The notes under the pieces are model-generated. The model made no database searches. It saw only the letters and a list, made by a program, of their open reading frames with translations, and was not told the origin of the DNA. A stretch of 64,000 nucleotides of DNA from contig CAWDVP010000001.1 in the NCBI GenBank assembly GCA_963805945.1, positions 1 through 64,000 on the forward strand. Reading direction: 5' to 3'. Below, piece by piece: positions 31,452 through 43,885 of the stretch. The first letter of the stretch is position 1. The number at the start of each line of letters is the position of its first letter. The position numbers were made by a program, and so were the translations under genes. This stretch comes from Vulcanimicrobiota bacterium. GTDB lineage: Bacteria > Vulcanimicrobiota > Vulcanimicrobiia > Eremiobacterales > Eremiobacteraceae.

Positions 31452-32669
31452 TTACAGGTGGCAGGTGACCTGCGAGAGCGGCCGATATGACTGATCGCCG
31501 GGCACCGTCTTGATGATCTGCAGGAAGTCGTACGGCTCCTTCACCTCGGATGCAGACTTGATCTTCGAGACGTACATGTCGTGGATGAGCAGATGGTCCT
31601 GCGTCCGGATGTAGGCGTGCCGGGCGAAGACGTCTTCGAACTTGTAGCCCTCGAGCTGCTTCACGACCGCGTCCGCGTTGTCGGTCTTGGCGCGCGCGAT
31701 CGCGTTGAGGTATTGCGTGACCGCGGAGTAGTTGCCCATCATGACCCACGTCGGACGCTTGCCCGTACGTTTCTTGTAGCGGTCGGCCCACTCGCGCGTC
31801 TTGTCGTCGAGATTCCAATACGAGCCCGTCGTGATGGTGCTGCCCGCCCAGTAATCCGGGCCGAGCGCGGCGATGTCGCTCTCGAAGAGCAGGCCGATGC
31901 CGACCTGCATCCGCTTCTTCAGCCCGAATTCGTTGATCTGCTTCATCGCGTTGACGGTGTCGTCGCCGGCGTTCATGAGGCCGATGACCTGCGGGTTGTA
32001 TCCGTACGCCGAGAGCAGGTACGAGGAGAAGTCGGTGTTGGGGAACGGCACGAAATCGTTGTGCACGACCTCGCCGCCCGCCGCTTTAACGGCGGCGGCG
32101 AAATTCGTAAGCATGGATTGCCCGAACGCGTAGTTCGCGGTGATCATGAACCAGCGTTTTCCGCCCTGTTCGGTGATCAGCTTGCCCGTGTTCTGCGCGA
32201 GCGAATAGGTGTCGTAGCCGTAATGGAAGGTGTACTTGTTGCAGGAGCCCATGTTGAGCGCGTCCGTACCGCCCGTCGTCACGAAGAGGATCTTGTGGTC
32301 TTGCGCGGCGACGCCGGCGACCGCGAGGGCGACGGACGAGGTCGGAACGTCGAAGATCGCATCGACGTGATCCTGCTCGTACAGCTCATGCGCCTTGGTC
32401 GAGCCGAGCGCCGGTTGATTCTGGTGGTCGACCGAGATCACTTTGATCGCGCGACCGAGCACGGCGCCGCCGTAATCCTCGACGGCCATGCGCACCGCGG
32501 AGACCGTGCCTTGCCCCGAAAGATCCATATACACGCCCGACTGGTCGTTCATCACCGCGATGATGATCGTGTCGTCGGCGTTGGCGGGCGTCGGCGCGCT
32601 CGATGCGGCCACCATCGCCAGCGCGAGCGTGGCGGCCGTGATGAGACCGGCCCGTTTGAACTGTGTCAT
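31452..32669 (-). CDS. ABC transporter substrate-binding protein (LivJ/K-like)
   Basis: Signal peptide, NDQSGVY, DHQNQP, SSVALAV, ANYAFGQS, DFSSYL. Confidence 0.9.
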   Translation of the reverse strand: MTQFKRAGLITAATLALAMVAASSAPTPANADDTIIIAVMNDQSGVYMDLSGQGTVSAVRMAVEDYGGAVLGRAIKVISVDHQNQPALGSTKAHELYEQDHVDAIFDVPTSSVALAVAGVAAQDHKILFVTTGGTDALNMGSCNKYTFHYGYDTYSLAQNTGKLITEQGGKRWFMITANYAFGQSMLTNFAAAVKAAGGEVVHNDFVPFPNTDFSSYLLSAYGYNPQVIGLMNAGDDTVNAMKQINEFGLKKRMQVGIGLLFESDIAALGPDYWAGSTITTGSYWNLDDKTREWADRYKKRTGKRPTWVMMGNYSAVTQYLNAIARAKTDNADAVVKQLEGYKFEDVFARHAYIRTQDHLLIHDMYVSKIKSASEVKEPYDFLQIIKTVPGDQSYRPLSQVTCHL

Positions 32670-32691
32670 CGATGCATATCCCCTTTTTCGT

Positions 32692-33385
32692 CTAGACGCC
32701 CAGGTATTCCAAAAGCTCAGCTTCGCGATCGATGACCGCCTGGTTGTCAAGCGATTCCACGATCGAGCCGTTCACCATCAGGAAATGGCGATCCGAGACC
32801 TTGGTTGCGAACCTCACGTTCTGTGAGACCAAGAGCACGGTGATGCCGTCGCGTTTGATTTCGAGCAATAGGTCACGGATGGCCTTTACGATGGCCGGGG
32901 CCAAGCCTTCGGTCGGTTCATCCAGCAGCAGCAGACCCGCCCCGGTCCGCAGGGCGCGGGCAATCGCGAGCATCTGCTGCTCGCCGCCGGAGAGGGTCGT
33001 CCCCCCAGAGCGGCGCGCGCTCTGCAAGCCGTGGGAACAGCGCGAAGATCCGCTCGAAGGTCCATGTCGACGGCGCCACGACGCGCGGCAGCTGGAGGTT
33101 CTCCATGACCGAGAGGCTGGCGTAGATGCCGCGCTCTTCGGGCACGAAGGCCACGCCGAGCCGCGCGATCTCGTGCGACTGCGTCTTCTCTATCGATTGG
33201 CCGCGCAGGACGATCGTGCCGGTCTTCTTGCGTATGACGCCGGCGATGGATTTCAGCGTCGTCGTCTTGCCCGCGCCGTTGCGGCCGACGAGCGTGACGA
33301 TCTCGCCCTGGCGCACGTCGAGATTCACGCCGTGGAGCACATGGCTCTCATCGTACCAGGCGTTGAGGTCGCGGACGTCAAGCAT
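32692..33385 (-). CDS. livF: ABC ATP-binding protein (LivF-like); frameshift near 33010
   Basis: GRNGAGKTT, LSGGEQQMLAIARAL, LLLDEPTEGLAP. Confidence 0.9.
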
Positions 33386-34139
33386 CGATGCCGCCCAGAT
33401 ACGCGTCGACGACCCGGCTGTCGGCATGCACCGTCTCGTAGGAACCGCTGCAGATGATCTTGCCGTACTGCAGCACGACGACGTGCGACGCAAGCCGCTC
33501 GACGACGTTCATATTGTGCTCGACGAGGATCACGGTCCGGCCTCGCGAGGCGACGCGGACCAGGTCTATGATCGGCTCGACGTCTTCCGTTCCAAGGCCG
33601 CTCGTCGGCTCATCGAGCAGCAGCAGCGCCGGATCCAACGCGAGCGTGATCGCGAGCTCGAGCGCCCGCTTCTTCCCGTACGGCAGCACGGCCGCGAGCT
33701 GTCCGGCGCGGTCACCGAGGCGCAACCGATCGAGCAGCGCACGGGCCGGCTCATCGAGCGCGTCGGTCACCGACCCGGGGGCCCAGAAGCTCCGCGCGAC
33801 TGATGTCTTCGCGAGCAGGGCCACCTTGAGGTTGTCGAGCACGCTGAGATGGCTGAACACGCTGCTGATCTGAAAGCTGCGGACGATGCCGAGGCGCGCG
33901 ACGGTCGCGGCGTCCAACGCTTCGATCTTGTCCCCGCGGAACGTGATGCTGCCTGCGCTTGGCTTGAGGAAACCCGACAGCAAGTTGAACAGCGTCGTCT
34001 TCCCGGCGCCGTTGGGACCGATGATGGCGAGGGTCTGCCCCTCGGGCACCGTCAGATCCACGCCGTCGACCGCACGGAAACCGGCGAACTCTTTGACGAG
34101 CCCGCTGGTGGTGAGGATCGGCGCCGTGCTGGCCACCAT
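33378..34139 (-). CDS. livG: ABC ATP-binding protein (LivG-like)
   Basis: IIGPNGAGKTTLFN, LPYGKKRALE, LLLDEPTSG, VEHNM, AYLG. Confidence 0.92.
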   Translation of the reverse strand: MVASTAPILTTSGLVKEFAGFRAVDGVDLTVPEGQTLAIIGPNGAGKTTLFNLLSGFLKPSAGSITFRGDKIEALDAATVARLGIVRSFQISSVFSHLSVLDNLKVALLAKTSVARSFWAPGSVTDALDEPARALLDRLRLGDRAGQLAAVLPYGKKRALELAITLALDPALLLLDEPTSGLGTEDVEPIIDLVRVASRGRTVILVEHNMNVVERLASHVVVLQYGKIICSGSYETVHADSRVVDAYLGGIDA

Positions 34140-34186
34140 GGCGTGATATACGCGGCGCTCAACGGCGTCGCCTGTAGATGTAGCCT

Positions 34187-35166
<980 letters not shown>

Positions 35167-35170
<4 letters not shown>

Positions 35171-35463
35171 CGATCTTCCACTCCGGTAGGGTCTTTCGCG
35201 GGGAGCGACGCTCTGCCTCGCGCGGTGAGGACGACCACCGCGTCCTCAATCGACTTCCCGCGCTCGATGGCGAGGAGTCCGTCGGCGAACGCATCTTCCC
35301 AGACGGAATGACGCGGACACATGCTCCGCCAGGCCTCCATCGACTCCTTATACGAGCGATGTCCGCTTGCGACCCAGGCGAGGAGTTCGAGGGTCAGCGG
35401 TTCGATGGCTTCGGGCCGCACGGGTGTCCATTGTGCACGTCGCTCTTCTTGTTCGAACTCCAT
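35167..35463 (-). CDS. Small hypothetical protein
   Basis: [31 protein letters not shown] overlap with the AKR gene. Confidence 0.65.
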
Positions 35464-35550
35464 CGGCAGCACCTGCGCGTCTCTAGATTCGCTTGGGACG
35501 GTCGATTATCGGCAGGCTAAACGCGTGAAAATCGCTCACTCGGAACATTC

Positions 35551-36205
35551 ATGGCAGTTCACACGCGCCGCTCTGAATCGCGCATATTCCCCGTGCTCGT
35601 CGTCGTCGCACTCGTCACGCTCATCGCGGTTCTGCCGGACCGCTATACGGCGCTGCCCTACTGGTCGTCATTCGTCTTCGGCGGGGCCTTGATCGCGGCT
35701 ATGCTGCTCGCGGGAGCGGCCGGACTAGGATCGCCGTGGACGAAGGTCGAGCGCTACACGACCTATGTCCTCGTGGCGATCGTCTTGCTGCAAGAGCTCA
35801 TCATCCTCAAGCGCTTACGAGCGACATCGTCTTCCATCAGATGCAGCTCGGAGCCATCACGCTGCTGGCGACGGCGATCGGGGTCTGGACCAGCAATGTG
35901 GTCGTGTTCGCCTTCATCTTCTGGCAGCTCGATCGCGGCGGGCCTGAGCGGCAGAGCAAGCGGTTGGCGTGGCTGGGCGGACTTCTCGTTCGCCCGCGGC
36001 GATGAATCGGACGGGATGCCCGTGGACTGGCAGCCGACGTTCGTCGACTATCTGTTCCTCGCGTTCACCACCTCGACTGCGTTCAGCCCGACCGATACGC
36101 TGCCGCTCACCGGGCGCGCGAAGATGCTGATGCTGCTCGGGGCACTTGATCGCCCTCGTCACGCTCTTGATCGTCGCGGCGCGCGCGATCAATACGTTGG
36201 CGTAG
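35551..36205 (+). CDS. DUF1345-family membrane protein; two frameshifts
   Basis: FWQLDRGGP, WQPTFVDYLFLAFTTSTAFSPTDTLPL; ends ARAINTLA* at 36205. Confidence 0.82.
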
Positions 36206-36219
36206 TCGGAGCGGCATCG

Positions 36220-37173
36220 ATGCAGGCTATGAAGGCACTTCCCTCCCCAGAGGACGCACGGCAGGCGCGCGACCGCATCGCCGGCTTCGTGCGCCGGACG
36301 CCCTCCATCGAGAGCGGCGGCACCGTCTACAAGCTCGAGTTCCTGCAGGTCACCGGCTCCTTCAAACCGCGCGGCGCGTTCAATTTGGCCCTGCAGCTCG
36401 ACGCGGCCACGCTCGCGCGAGGGCTCGTCGCCGTCAGCGGCGGTAATCACGGGCTTGCCGTCGCGCACGTCGGCGCGCGCCTCAAAGCGCCCACGACCGT
36501 CATCATGCCGCGCACGACGCCCGCGTGGGTCGTCGATCGCGCGCAGGCGGACGGCGCAGAGGTGATCCTCACCCCGAACATAGCCGAGGCATTCGACGAA
36601 GCGCAGCAGCGCGCCGCGGCCGGACAGACGCTTATCCACCCGTTCGACGACGAACGTATCATGGCGGGGCAGGGGACGCTCGGGCTCGAGCTGCTCGAAG
36701 ACATACCGCAGCTCGCGACGCTGGTGATGTCGATCGGCGGCGGCGGGATGGTCGCCGGCGTCGCGTCCGTGATCAAGGCGCTGAAGCCCGATGTGAAGAT
36801 CTACGGCGTCGAGACGCGCGGCGCCGATGCGATGCGCCAGGCGCTCGATGCCGGACATATAGTGACGCTGCCGGCCATCACCTCGATCGCGCGCACGCTC
36901 GGCGCGCCGTACGTCAGCGACGCCACGCTGCACGCGGCGCAGACCTTGCTCGAAGACGTCGTCGTGGTGAGCGACGCCGATGCGGTGCGGTCGATCGTCG
37001 AACTGCAGCAGGAGCTGCACGTCACGGTCGAACCGGCGTCGGCGTGCTGTCACGCGGCCTTGCGCGCGGGTCTCGTGCCGCGCGCGAGCGGCGGTGCGAC
37101 GGCCGTCGTGCTGTGCGGCGGCAACGTCACGCTCGACGAGATCGCCGCGTGGCGCCACGATCTCTTGGGCTAG
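36220..37173 (+). CDS. PLP-dependent threonine/serine dehydratase
   Basis: KLEFLQVTGSFKPRGA, SGGNHG, HPFDD..AGQGT, IGGGG, LCGGN. Confidence 0.93.
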   Translation: MQAMKALPSPEDARQARDRIAGFVRRTPSIESGGTVYKLEFLQVTGSFKPRGAFNLALQLDAATLARGLVAVSGGNHGLAVAHVGARLKAPTTVIMPRTTPAWVVDRAQADGAEVILTPNIAEAFDEAQQRAAAGQTLIHPFDDERIMAGQGTLGLELLEDIPQLATLVMSIGGGGMVAGVASVIKALKPDVKIYGVETRGADAMRQALDAGHIVTLPAITSIARTLGAPYVSDATLHAAQTLLEDVVVVSDADAVRSIVELQQELHVTVEPASACCHAALRAGLVPRASGGATAVVLCGGNVTLDEIAAWRHDLLG

Positions 37174-37219
37174 GACGACGAAGAGTTTCCCATGCGACTG
37201 TCCAAGACATGCAGTCGCG

Positions 37220-38031
37220 ATGACCGACGTATCCCGAGCCGCATCCCTCGTGCTGGCCGCGTCGAGCGCGCTGGTGCTGTGCGCCTGCATCGCGCCGCCT
37301 GCGGGCGAGCCGCAGGCGGTCGGTGACGCGCCGCCGATCGCGGGCACGCTGTACGTGGAGCATACATCCGCCGACCCTGCCGCGCCCGAGGTCGAGGTCC
37401 GGCGCGGCGACAGCGCCTCCGCAGACCATCCACACGACGATTCCGCTGCTGGCGCGAGACAAGCCATCCGTCCGCCTTTCCGATGGTCTACTGTTCGGCG
37501 GCACGTGCGCGCCGCTCGCCATCTCGCCAGACGGCCATTACGGTGCCTGTCTGCGCTCCGACGGCTACGGCAGCTGTGATGATCTTCCGTGTGGATCATC
37601 CGAAGGCGTCGCCGCTCAAGACGCAGTGGCACATCGCGGTCGTCTCCGGACACATGGCGGGATTCTTGGCGGACGACACGCTGGCGGTCGCGGCGGATGA
37701 CCAGAGCTGTCCGCAATACGTGCGCTACGACGGCCATTACTCGTCCGAGCCGCGCGCGCGGCTCTATGTCATCACCGTGGCCGGCAAACAGGTCAAGGCC
37801 GGCCCCTGCATCCACGGCCTCGTGGTGGGCGACCGCAAGGTCGCGTTCATCGGGCACGACGGCAGAGAGCATGCCGCATATTCCTTCGACGGCTCCTCGT
37901 GGCAGCCGGGTCTCGCCGCGGCCTTCGACGGGGGCGATCATCTGCTCGTCATCAATCAGCGCGATCAGCTCGTCGACGACCAGAACCGGCTCGTCGCCGC
38001 CGACGTGGTCGACGCCGCGTGGACGCGGTGA
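37220..38031 (+). CDS. Hypothetical lipoprotein; frameshifted
   Basis: Lipobox-like LVLCAC; continues in ORFs 37323-37700 and 37483-38031. Confidence 0.55.
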
Positions 38032-38036
38032 ACGCG

Positions 38037-40004
38037 ATGCCGGCGCGCCGCATCACCGCATCCGACCTCATGCGCCTGCCGGTCATCAGCGGCGCGGCGC
38101 TCGATCCTTCGCGGCGGCGGATCGCCTTCGTCCGGACGCTCGCCGACGAGGCGGCGAACGGCTATCGCGGCTCCATCCGTGTGTGCGAGCTCGACACCGG
38201 CTCGATCACGGTCATGACCCACGGCGTCGCGCGCGACGGCGCGCCCGCGTGGTCGCCCGACGGCGCACGACTCTTCTTCTTGAGCGACCGCAGCGGCGCG
38301 ATGCAGCTGTGGTGCATCGATTGCGCGGGCGGCGAGGCGTACGCGGCGCCGGCCGTCGATGGGGCCGTGTCGGAGTTCGCCGTGTCGCCGGATGGGCGCT
38401 TCATCGCCGCCGTGGCGACCTCGTCGCAGGGCGGCCGCGACGTCGAGGCACGCGGCTGGCGGCGCGTCACGCGCCAGCGCTACCGCGCCGATGGGATCGG
38501 GTACCACGATGAGCGGCCGCGCATATGGCTCGTCGATCTCGATCACGGCTCCGCCGCGGCGATCACCGACGGTAGTGGATTCGTCGCAGGCCCGGCATGG
38601 TCGCCGGACGGATCGCGGTTCGCGTTCGTCGCCGAGCACGACGAGCGCGCCGACGGCATCGCGATGCGGGAGCTCATGCTCGCTCAAGTGGGCGCAGCGC
38701 AGCCGCAGCGGCTGATCTCGCTTGCGGCGGCGGTCCAAGGCCCGACGTGGTCACCAGATGGCGCCCGTATCGTCTTCATCGGCAGCGACGACCCCAAAGG
38801 CCGTTACGGCCAGACGAACCTGCGCCTGTTCAGCGTCGCGGCCGCCGGCGGCAAGCCGCAGTGTTTGACGCCGGACGCGCAGTGGACGTGCGGCGACTTC
38901 ACCATCACCGACGTCGGCGGCGCAGGGCCTACGACCGCACCGCGCTTTCTGCCCGACGGCGCCATCGCGGTGCTGGGGACGCAAGCCGGCATGACGCACA
39001 TCTTCATCGTCGATCGGATGCTGCGCATGCGCCGCGTCGACACCGCGCCCTCACTTTCGGTTTCGCAGTTCTCCGTCGTGGACAGCCGATACGTTCGCAT
39101 GCTGTGCCACGGATTCGTCGACGCCGCCTGAGCTGTACCTGCTCAAGAGCGGCGCTGCGCGACGGCTCACCACGGAGACAAGGCATGGTGCGAAAACGCC
39201 GGCGTGCGCGCGGCGGAGCACAAGACAGTGAACGGACCCGCGGGAACGATCGACGCGTGGCACCTCAAGGGCGATTCGAAGGCGCCGCGACCTTGCATCC
39301 TGCAGATCCACGGCGGCCCGCACTTCGCCTACGGCGACGCCTTCTTCTTCGAATTCCAGTTGTTGGCGGCGGCCGGCTACGACGTGGTGTATTGCAACCC
39401 GCGCGGCAGCAGCGGCTATGGCGAAGATTTCCTCACGGCGATCATCGGCGATTGGGGCGATTTGGCGCTCGCCGACTGTCTCGCGGCGCTCGACGCCTTC
39501 GTCGGCGAGGGTGGCATCGACGAGCGGCGGCTCGGCGTCGCAGGCGGCAGCTATGGCGGTTACATGACGGCGTGGACGGTAGGGCATAGCACGCGTTTCG
39601 CGGCGGCGGTCGCGATGCGCGCGGCGATCAACCTCGAGAGCCTGTGGGGGACGTCGGAGGTCGGGCGGATGCTCGACGGGGAGCTCGGCGGCACGCCGGC
39701 GCAGATCCCGGAGGTCTATCGCCGCTGTTCGCCGTTGACCTACGCCGACGCGGTCACTACGCCCGTGCTGCTCATCCATTCCGAGCGCGACTATCGCTGT
39801 CCGATCGAGCAGTCAGAGCAGTTCTTCACCGCGCTGCTCCAGCGCGGCCGCGAGGTCGAGTTCTTGCGCTTCACGACGACCGATCACGGTCTCTCGCGCG
39901 GCGGGCCGCCGCGTCAGCGCGTCACGCGGCTCGAAGCGATCATGGATTGGTTCGACCGTCACCTCGACGTCAGTCGAATAAATTCGACCGCTCCAAAGTC
40001 GTAA
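38037..40004 (+). CDS. S9-family peptidase (cytoplasmic); frameshifts near 39100-39180
   Basis: WSPDG repeats, IHGGPH, NPRGSSGYG, GGSYGGYM, DYRCP, HGLSR. Confidence 0.92.
39973..39995 (-). repeat. REP-like palindrome, family B
   Basis: gtcgaataaattcgaccgctcca; also at 59626, 62114 and 62789. Confidence 0.75.
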
Positions 40005-40014
40005 GCGCGAGGTA

Positions 40015-40930
40015 CTAGAGGGCGCGGGCGGCGGCGACGTCGCGGTGCATCTGCTCGACGAGCGCCTGTGCGTTCTCGAAACGCTGCTGCTCCCGCACGA
40101 ACGACCAGCTGTGGATGGCTAGCTGCTCGCCGTAGATGCTCCGGTCGAAGTCGAGGATGTACGCCTCGACCGCCGTCGGGCCGCCTCCGCCGAACGTCGG
40201 CTTGTCGCCGATGCTGACAACAGCGCGGTATTCTTGTCCGTCATGGCGCACGGTCGAGCCATAGACGCCGGCATGCGGCACGAGCTTCTCCTCGGCGACA
40301 TGGAGATTCGCGGTCGGAAAGCCGAGCAGATGGCCGCGCCCCTCGCCCCCGGCCACCGTGCCGCGCACGGTGAAGGGCGTGCCGAGCAGGGCGTCTGCTT
40401 CTGCGAAACGTCGCGACTCGATGAGCTCGCGGATGCGAGAGCTGGAGACGCGCGCGCCGTCCTGCATCAAGAGCTGCTCGACCTCGAGCGTACAGCCGCG
40501 TTCGCCCAGCACGCGGCGCGCCAGATCGACGTCGCCGGTGCGGTCTTTGCCGAAACGCCAGTTGCCGCCGACGGCGAGCAGCCGGGTGCGCAGGCTGTCG
40601 ACGAGGATGCGCGACAGGAACGCATCGGCGCCGATCTGCTGGATGTGCGCGTCGAACGGGATCAGGAAGAGGACGTCGAGGCCGCACTCGTCGAGCAGAT
40701 TGATCTTCTCGCCCATGGTGGTGAGACACTTCGGGCTGTGGCCCGGGGTTGAGGAACGCTTGCGGATGATGCTCGAACGTCATCGCGCCGGCGAGCAAGC
40801 CGGGCGCGCGTTTGGCGCGCAGGCGTTCCAGCACCGCGCGGTGGCCCACATGGACGCCGTCGAAAACGCCGATCGTCAAGAGAAGATCGGCATCGGCGTG
40901 ATACGCGTCGAGATCCCGGACGATCTGCAT
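40015..40930 (-). CDS. ribF: Bifunctional riboflavin kinase/FAD synthetase; frameshift near 40740
   Basis: TIGVFDGVHVGH, VSSSRIR, GFPTAN, PTF, EAYILDF. Confidence 0.95.
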
Positions 40931-40936
40931 GTGCGG

Positions 40937-41920
40937 TTACGGCTTCGCTTCTGCGACTCCCCCGCCTGCGCCGTTGCCGGCGGCCGACGCGACGAGCACG
41001 CGCGTCGGCGCTATGCTCGCGCTGCCGTGGCGCTCTTCGTAATCGCCGACGCCGATGCAGCGGCCCGCGCGCACGACCAAGACCTCGCGTCCTGATTCCC
41101 GGCGCCTGAGACGTTCGAGCTGATCCGGGCGGAACAACGCCGAGGCGTCGGCGACATCGTTGCCGCGGGTGAAGCGCTCGGCGGCAGCTTCGTCGAGCTC
41201 GACTTGCGGCTGCGTGAGGACGCACAGCGGATCGATGAGCGATCCGCCGGGGTCCGCGGCGATCTCCTGCGGCAATCGCGACGCGCCGATGCCGAACGGG
41301 CCTGCTGCGACCCGCACGAGCGCGCCCATATGCGCGGGGGCGCCAATCGCCTGCCCAGCTCTTCGCACAGCGTCCGGACGTAGAGGCCCGCTTCGCAGAC
41401 GACGTGCATCCGCGCCGACCGATCGTCGAGGCCGACGACGCGCAGCGCGAGGACGCGCGTGGCGCGCGCGACGCGCGCGACCGCGATGCCGCGACGCGCG
41501 CTCATGTAGAGCGGGCGGCCTGCGATCTTCACCGCGGAGAACATCGGGGGCACTTGCTCGAGCGGCCCGACAAGGCCGGCGGCGACATCTGCGCGATGAC
41601 GCTCGCGCCAGTCGCTCGGCACGTCGCCCTGCTCGATGATCCGGCCGGTGGCGTCGCCGGTGTCGGTGGCGCTGCCGAGGCGCAGCTCGAATGCGTACTG
41701 CTTATCGGACGGTGTGATGAGCGGGAGCAAGCGCGTCGCTTTGCCGATCGCGAGCACGAGCACGCCGCAGGCCGCAGGATCGAGCGTGCCCCAATGGCCG
41801 ACCGCGGCGCCGTCAAAACGCCTGGCGCACCCATCCGCCGAATCCGGTGGAGGTCACGCCGGGCGGTTTGAACGCGTTGAGGAAACCGAATGGCTCGGAC
41901 GTGGCGGTGTTCCTTGCTGC
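40937..41920 (-). CDS. truB: tRNA pseudouridine(55) synthase; frameshifted, start approximate
   Basis: FKPPGVTS, GHWGTLDP, ATDTGDATG, QVPPMFSAVK, GLYVRTLC. Confidence 0.92.
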
Positions 41921-41921
41921 T

Positions 41922-42944
41922 TTAGACCGGCGCGACTCGTGCCGGCGATCTCGGCGCGGACAGCTTCGAGCACGACGCGCGAGCGCCGCGGCTTCCGGCC
42001 CCGCGACGGGCGCGCCCGCGCGCGCGGAAATGCCCGCCGCCGCCGAGCGTCTTGGCGATCGCCATGACGTTGACGCGGCCGCGCGAGCGCAGGCTCAGTC
42101 GAAAACTGCCGTCGGGCTGCTCTTTGAGCAGCGCCGCGACCTGACAGCGGTCGACCGCGCGCAGCGCGCCGACCACTTCTTCCAGGTCTTCGCTGTCCGC
42201 GCCGATGTCGCGCAGCATGGCCTGCGTGACGACGGAGTAGCAGATGCCGTCGTCGGTGAGCACTGCGGTGTCGAGCGTGCGGCCGAGGATCTTCTGCGCA
42301 GCGAACGTGCGCGCCTGATAGAGCTGCTCGGTGATGCGGTCCTTGTCGGCGCCCGCTTCGATGAGCGATGCGGCGACGCGCAACGTCTCCGGCGTGGCGT
42401 TCGAGTACATGAAGCAGCCGGTATCCGAGAGGATCGCCGCGAGCAGGCACTCGGCCATCGCGCGTGTGACCGCGACGCCCAGACCGATGATGAGATGCAG
42501 CACGAGCACGCCTGTCGCGGCTTCGCGTTCGTCGACGTAGTTCCAGCGCCCGAAGCGCAGATTGGAGAGGTGGTGGTCGACGTTGATGATGCGCTCCGCC
42601 GGCACCCACGCGAGCGCCTTGCCCGCGCGCGCCTGATCGCTCATGTCGAAGAAGATGAAGATCGCGTCGTCGCCGATGCCGTCGAAGGTGCGTTTCGTGA
42701 GGCCCGATTCGGCCAGGAACGTGAGATTGCGCGGCACCTCGTCGTCGAGGAAGTACGTGACCTCTTTGCCGAGGCTCTTGAGCGCGAGACCGAGCGCGAA
42801 ACCGCTGGCGAGCACGTCGCAATCGGGATTCTCGTGAGCGCACATGACGAAGCGGCGATGCTCGCGCAGCGCGTCGAGCACGCCGGTGACCGACGCCGGA
42901 TTCACCGGGCGTCCGTTACTTGTCGTCGTGGGTTCGAGCTTCAT
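41922..42944 (-). CDS. nrnA: DHH-family oligoribonuclease/pAp phosphatase; 3' end frameshifted
   Basis: HENPDCD, INVDHH, SDTGCF, SLRS, GGGGH. Confidence 0.9.
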   Translation of the reverse strand: MKLEPTTTSNGRPVNPASVTGVLDALREHRRFVMCAHENPDCDVLASGFALGLALKSLGKEVTYFLDDEVPRNLTFLAESGLTKRTFDGIGDDAIFIFFDMSDQARAGKALAWVPAERIINVDHHLSNLRFGRWNYVDEREAATGVLVLHLIIGLGVAVTRAMAECLLAAILSDTGCFMYSNATPETLRVAASLIEAGADKDRITEQLYQARTFAAQKILGRTLDTAVLTDDGICYSVVTQAMLRDIGADSEDLEEVVGALRAVDRCQVAALLKEQPDGSFRLSLRSRGRVNVMAIAKTLGGGGHFRARGRARRGAGSRGARASCSKLSAPRSPARVAPV

Positions 42945-43305
42945 CGCGCCGTTGCACCTCATCGATGATGGTGGACATCTTCACGCCGCGCTCGATCGAC
43001 TCGTCGCGGACGAAGGTCAAGGTAGGCGTGCGGCGCATGCGCATCCGCTTCCCGAGCTCGACGCTCAGGAAACCGGCCGCGGATGCGAGCCCACGCATCG
43101 ACTCGCCGACCGCCCGGCCGTCGCCCATCGGGCTTGCGAAGACGCGCGCGCTGCGCAAGTCTGGGCTCACCTTGCAGCCGGTGATCGTGACGAAGCCGAC
43201 TCGAGGGTCTTTCAACTCCTCATGCAGCAGCTCGCTGAGCTCGCGCACGATCTCGCGCTCGACTCGCTCAAGCCGCTGGCTTCTGCCCTCAGAGCTACCC
43301 GTCAA
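42916..43305 (-). CDS. rbfA: Ribosome-binding factor A
   Basis: RLERVE..LKDPRVGFVTIT..SPDLRSARVF..RRTPTLTFVRDESIERG. Confidence 0.95.
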   Translation of the reverse strand: MTGSSEGRSQRLERVEREIVRELSELLHEELKDPRVGFVTITGCKVSPDLRSARVFASPMGDGRAVGESMRGLASAAGFLSVELGKRMRMRRTPTLTFVRDESIERGVKMSTIIDEVQRRDEARTHDDK

Positions 43306-43336
43306 AGTTCTTTATCCCACACAGGTGTTCGGGCGT

Positions 43337-43885
43337 CTAGTTGTCGCTGGCGGTGCGCTCGTCGTCGCCGGCTTCTTCTTCATCGTCTTCTAGCCACGCG
43401 CGCGCTTTCTCGTCCTGCGCCGTCGCGAGCGCCCACGCGCGTACGGCCTCGGCGCGTTCCTGGTCGCCGCATTCCACCAGCGTATCGATCAGCTGCGAAC
43501 ACGCCGCAGCCCACTGCTCGTCCGGTTCGTCGACTGCGAGCACGACCGCGGCCGCGAGGTGCGCGACCGCCGACGGCCAGCGCTCGAGATTCGCCAGCGC
43601 GGCGCCGAGATCGCCGTGCAATCCCGCGGCGCTCGGATGCCGATCGAGGCCCTGGCGCAGCAGATGCTCCTCGCGCTCGTCGTTGCCGAGCTCGAGGCAC
43701 AGCGACGCCATGAGCTGCACGCCGTCCGGCCCGAGGTCGCCCGATTCCTCAAGCGGCTCGAGCAGCTGCAGTGCGCGGCGCAGTTCGGAACGCTGTTCCG
43801 GGGTCCACGGATCGTCGGCGTCGCCGTGCGCGACGATGACGTTGAAATAGATCTCGTGGGCTTGTTCGACGACGTCGTTGTCCAT
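43337..43885 (-). CDS. Acidic helical/TPR-like hypothetical protein
   Basis: ATG overlaps the infB stop (TAATG); 182 aa; LHGDLGAALANLERW TPR-like segment. Confidence 0.7.
   Translation of the reverse strand: MDNDVVEQAHEIYFNVIVAHGDADDPWTPEQRSELRRALQLLEPLEESGDLGPDGVQLMASLCLELGNDEREEHLLRQGLDRHPSAAGLHGDLGAALANLERWPSAVAHLAAAVVLAVDEPDEQWAAACSQLIDTLVECGDQERAEAVRAWALATAQDEKARAWLEDDEEEAGDDERTASDN

Noticed and set aside
35551..37173. Apparent DUF1345-threonine dehydratase fusion (540 aa)
   Set aside because: Produced by frameshifts. The natural DUF1345 end (ARAINTLA*) is at 36205, and the dehydratase has its own start at 36220/36229.
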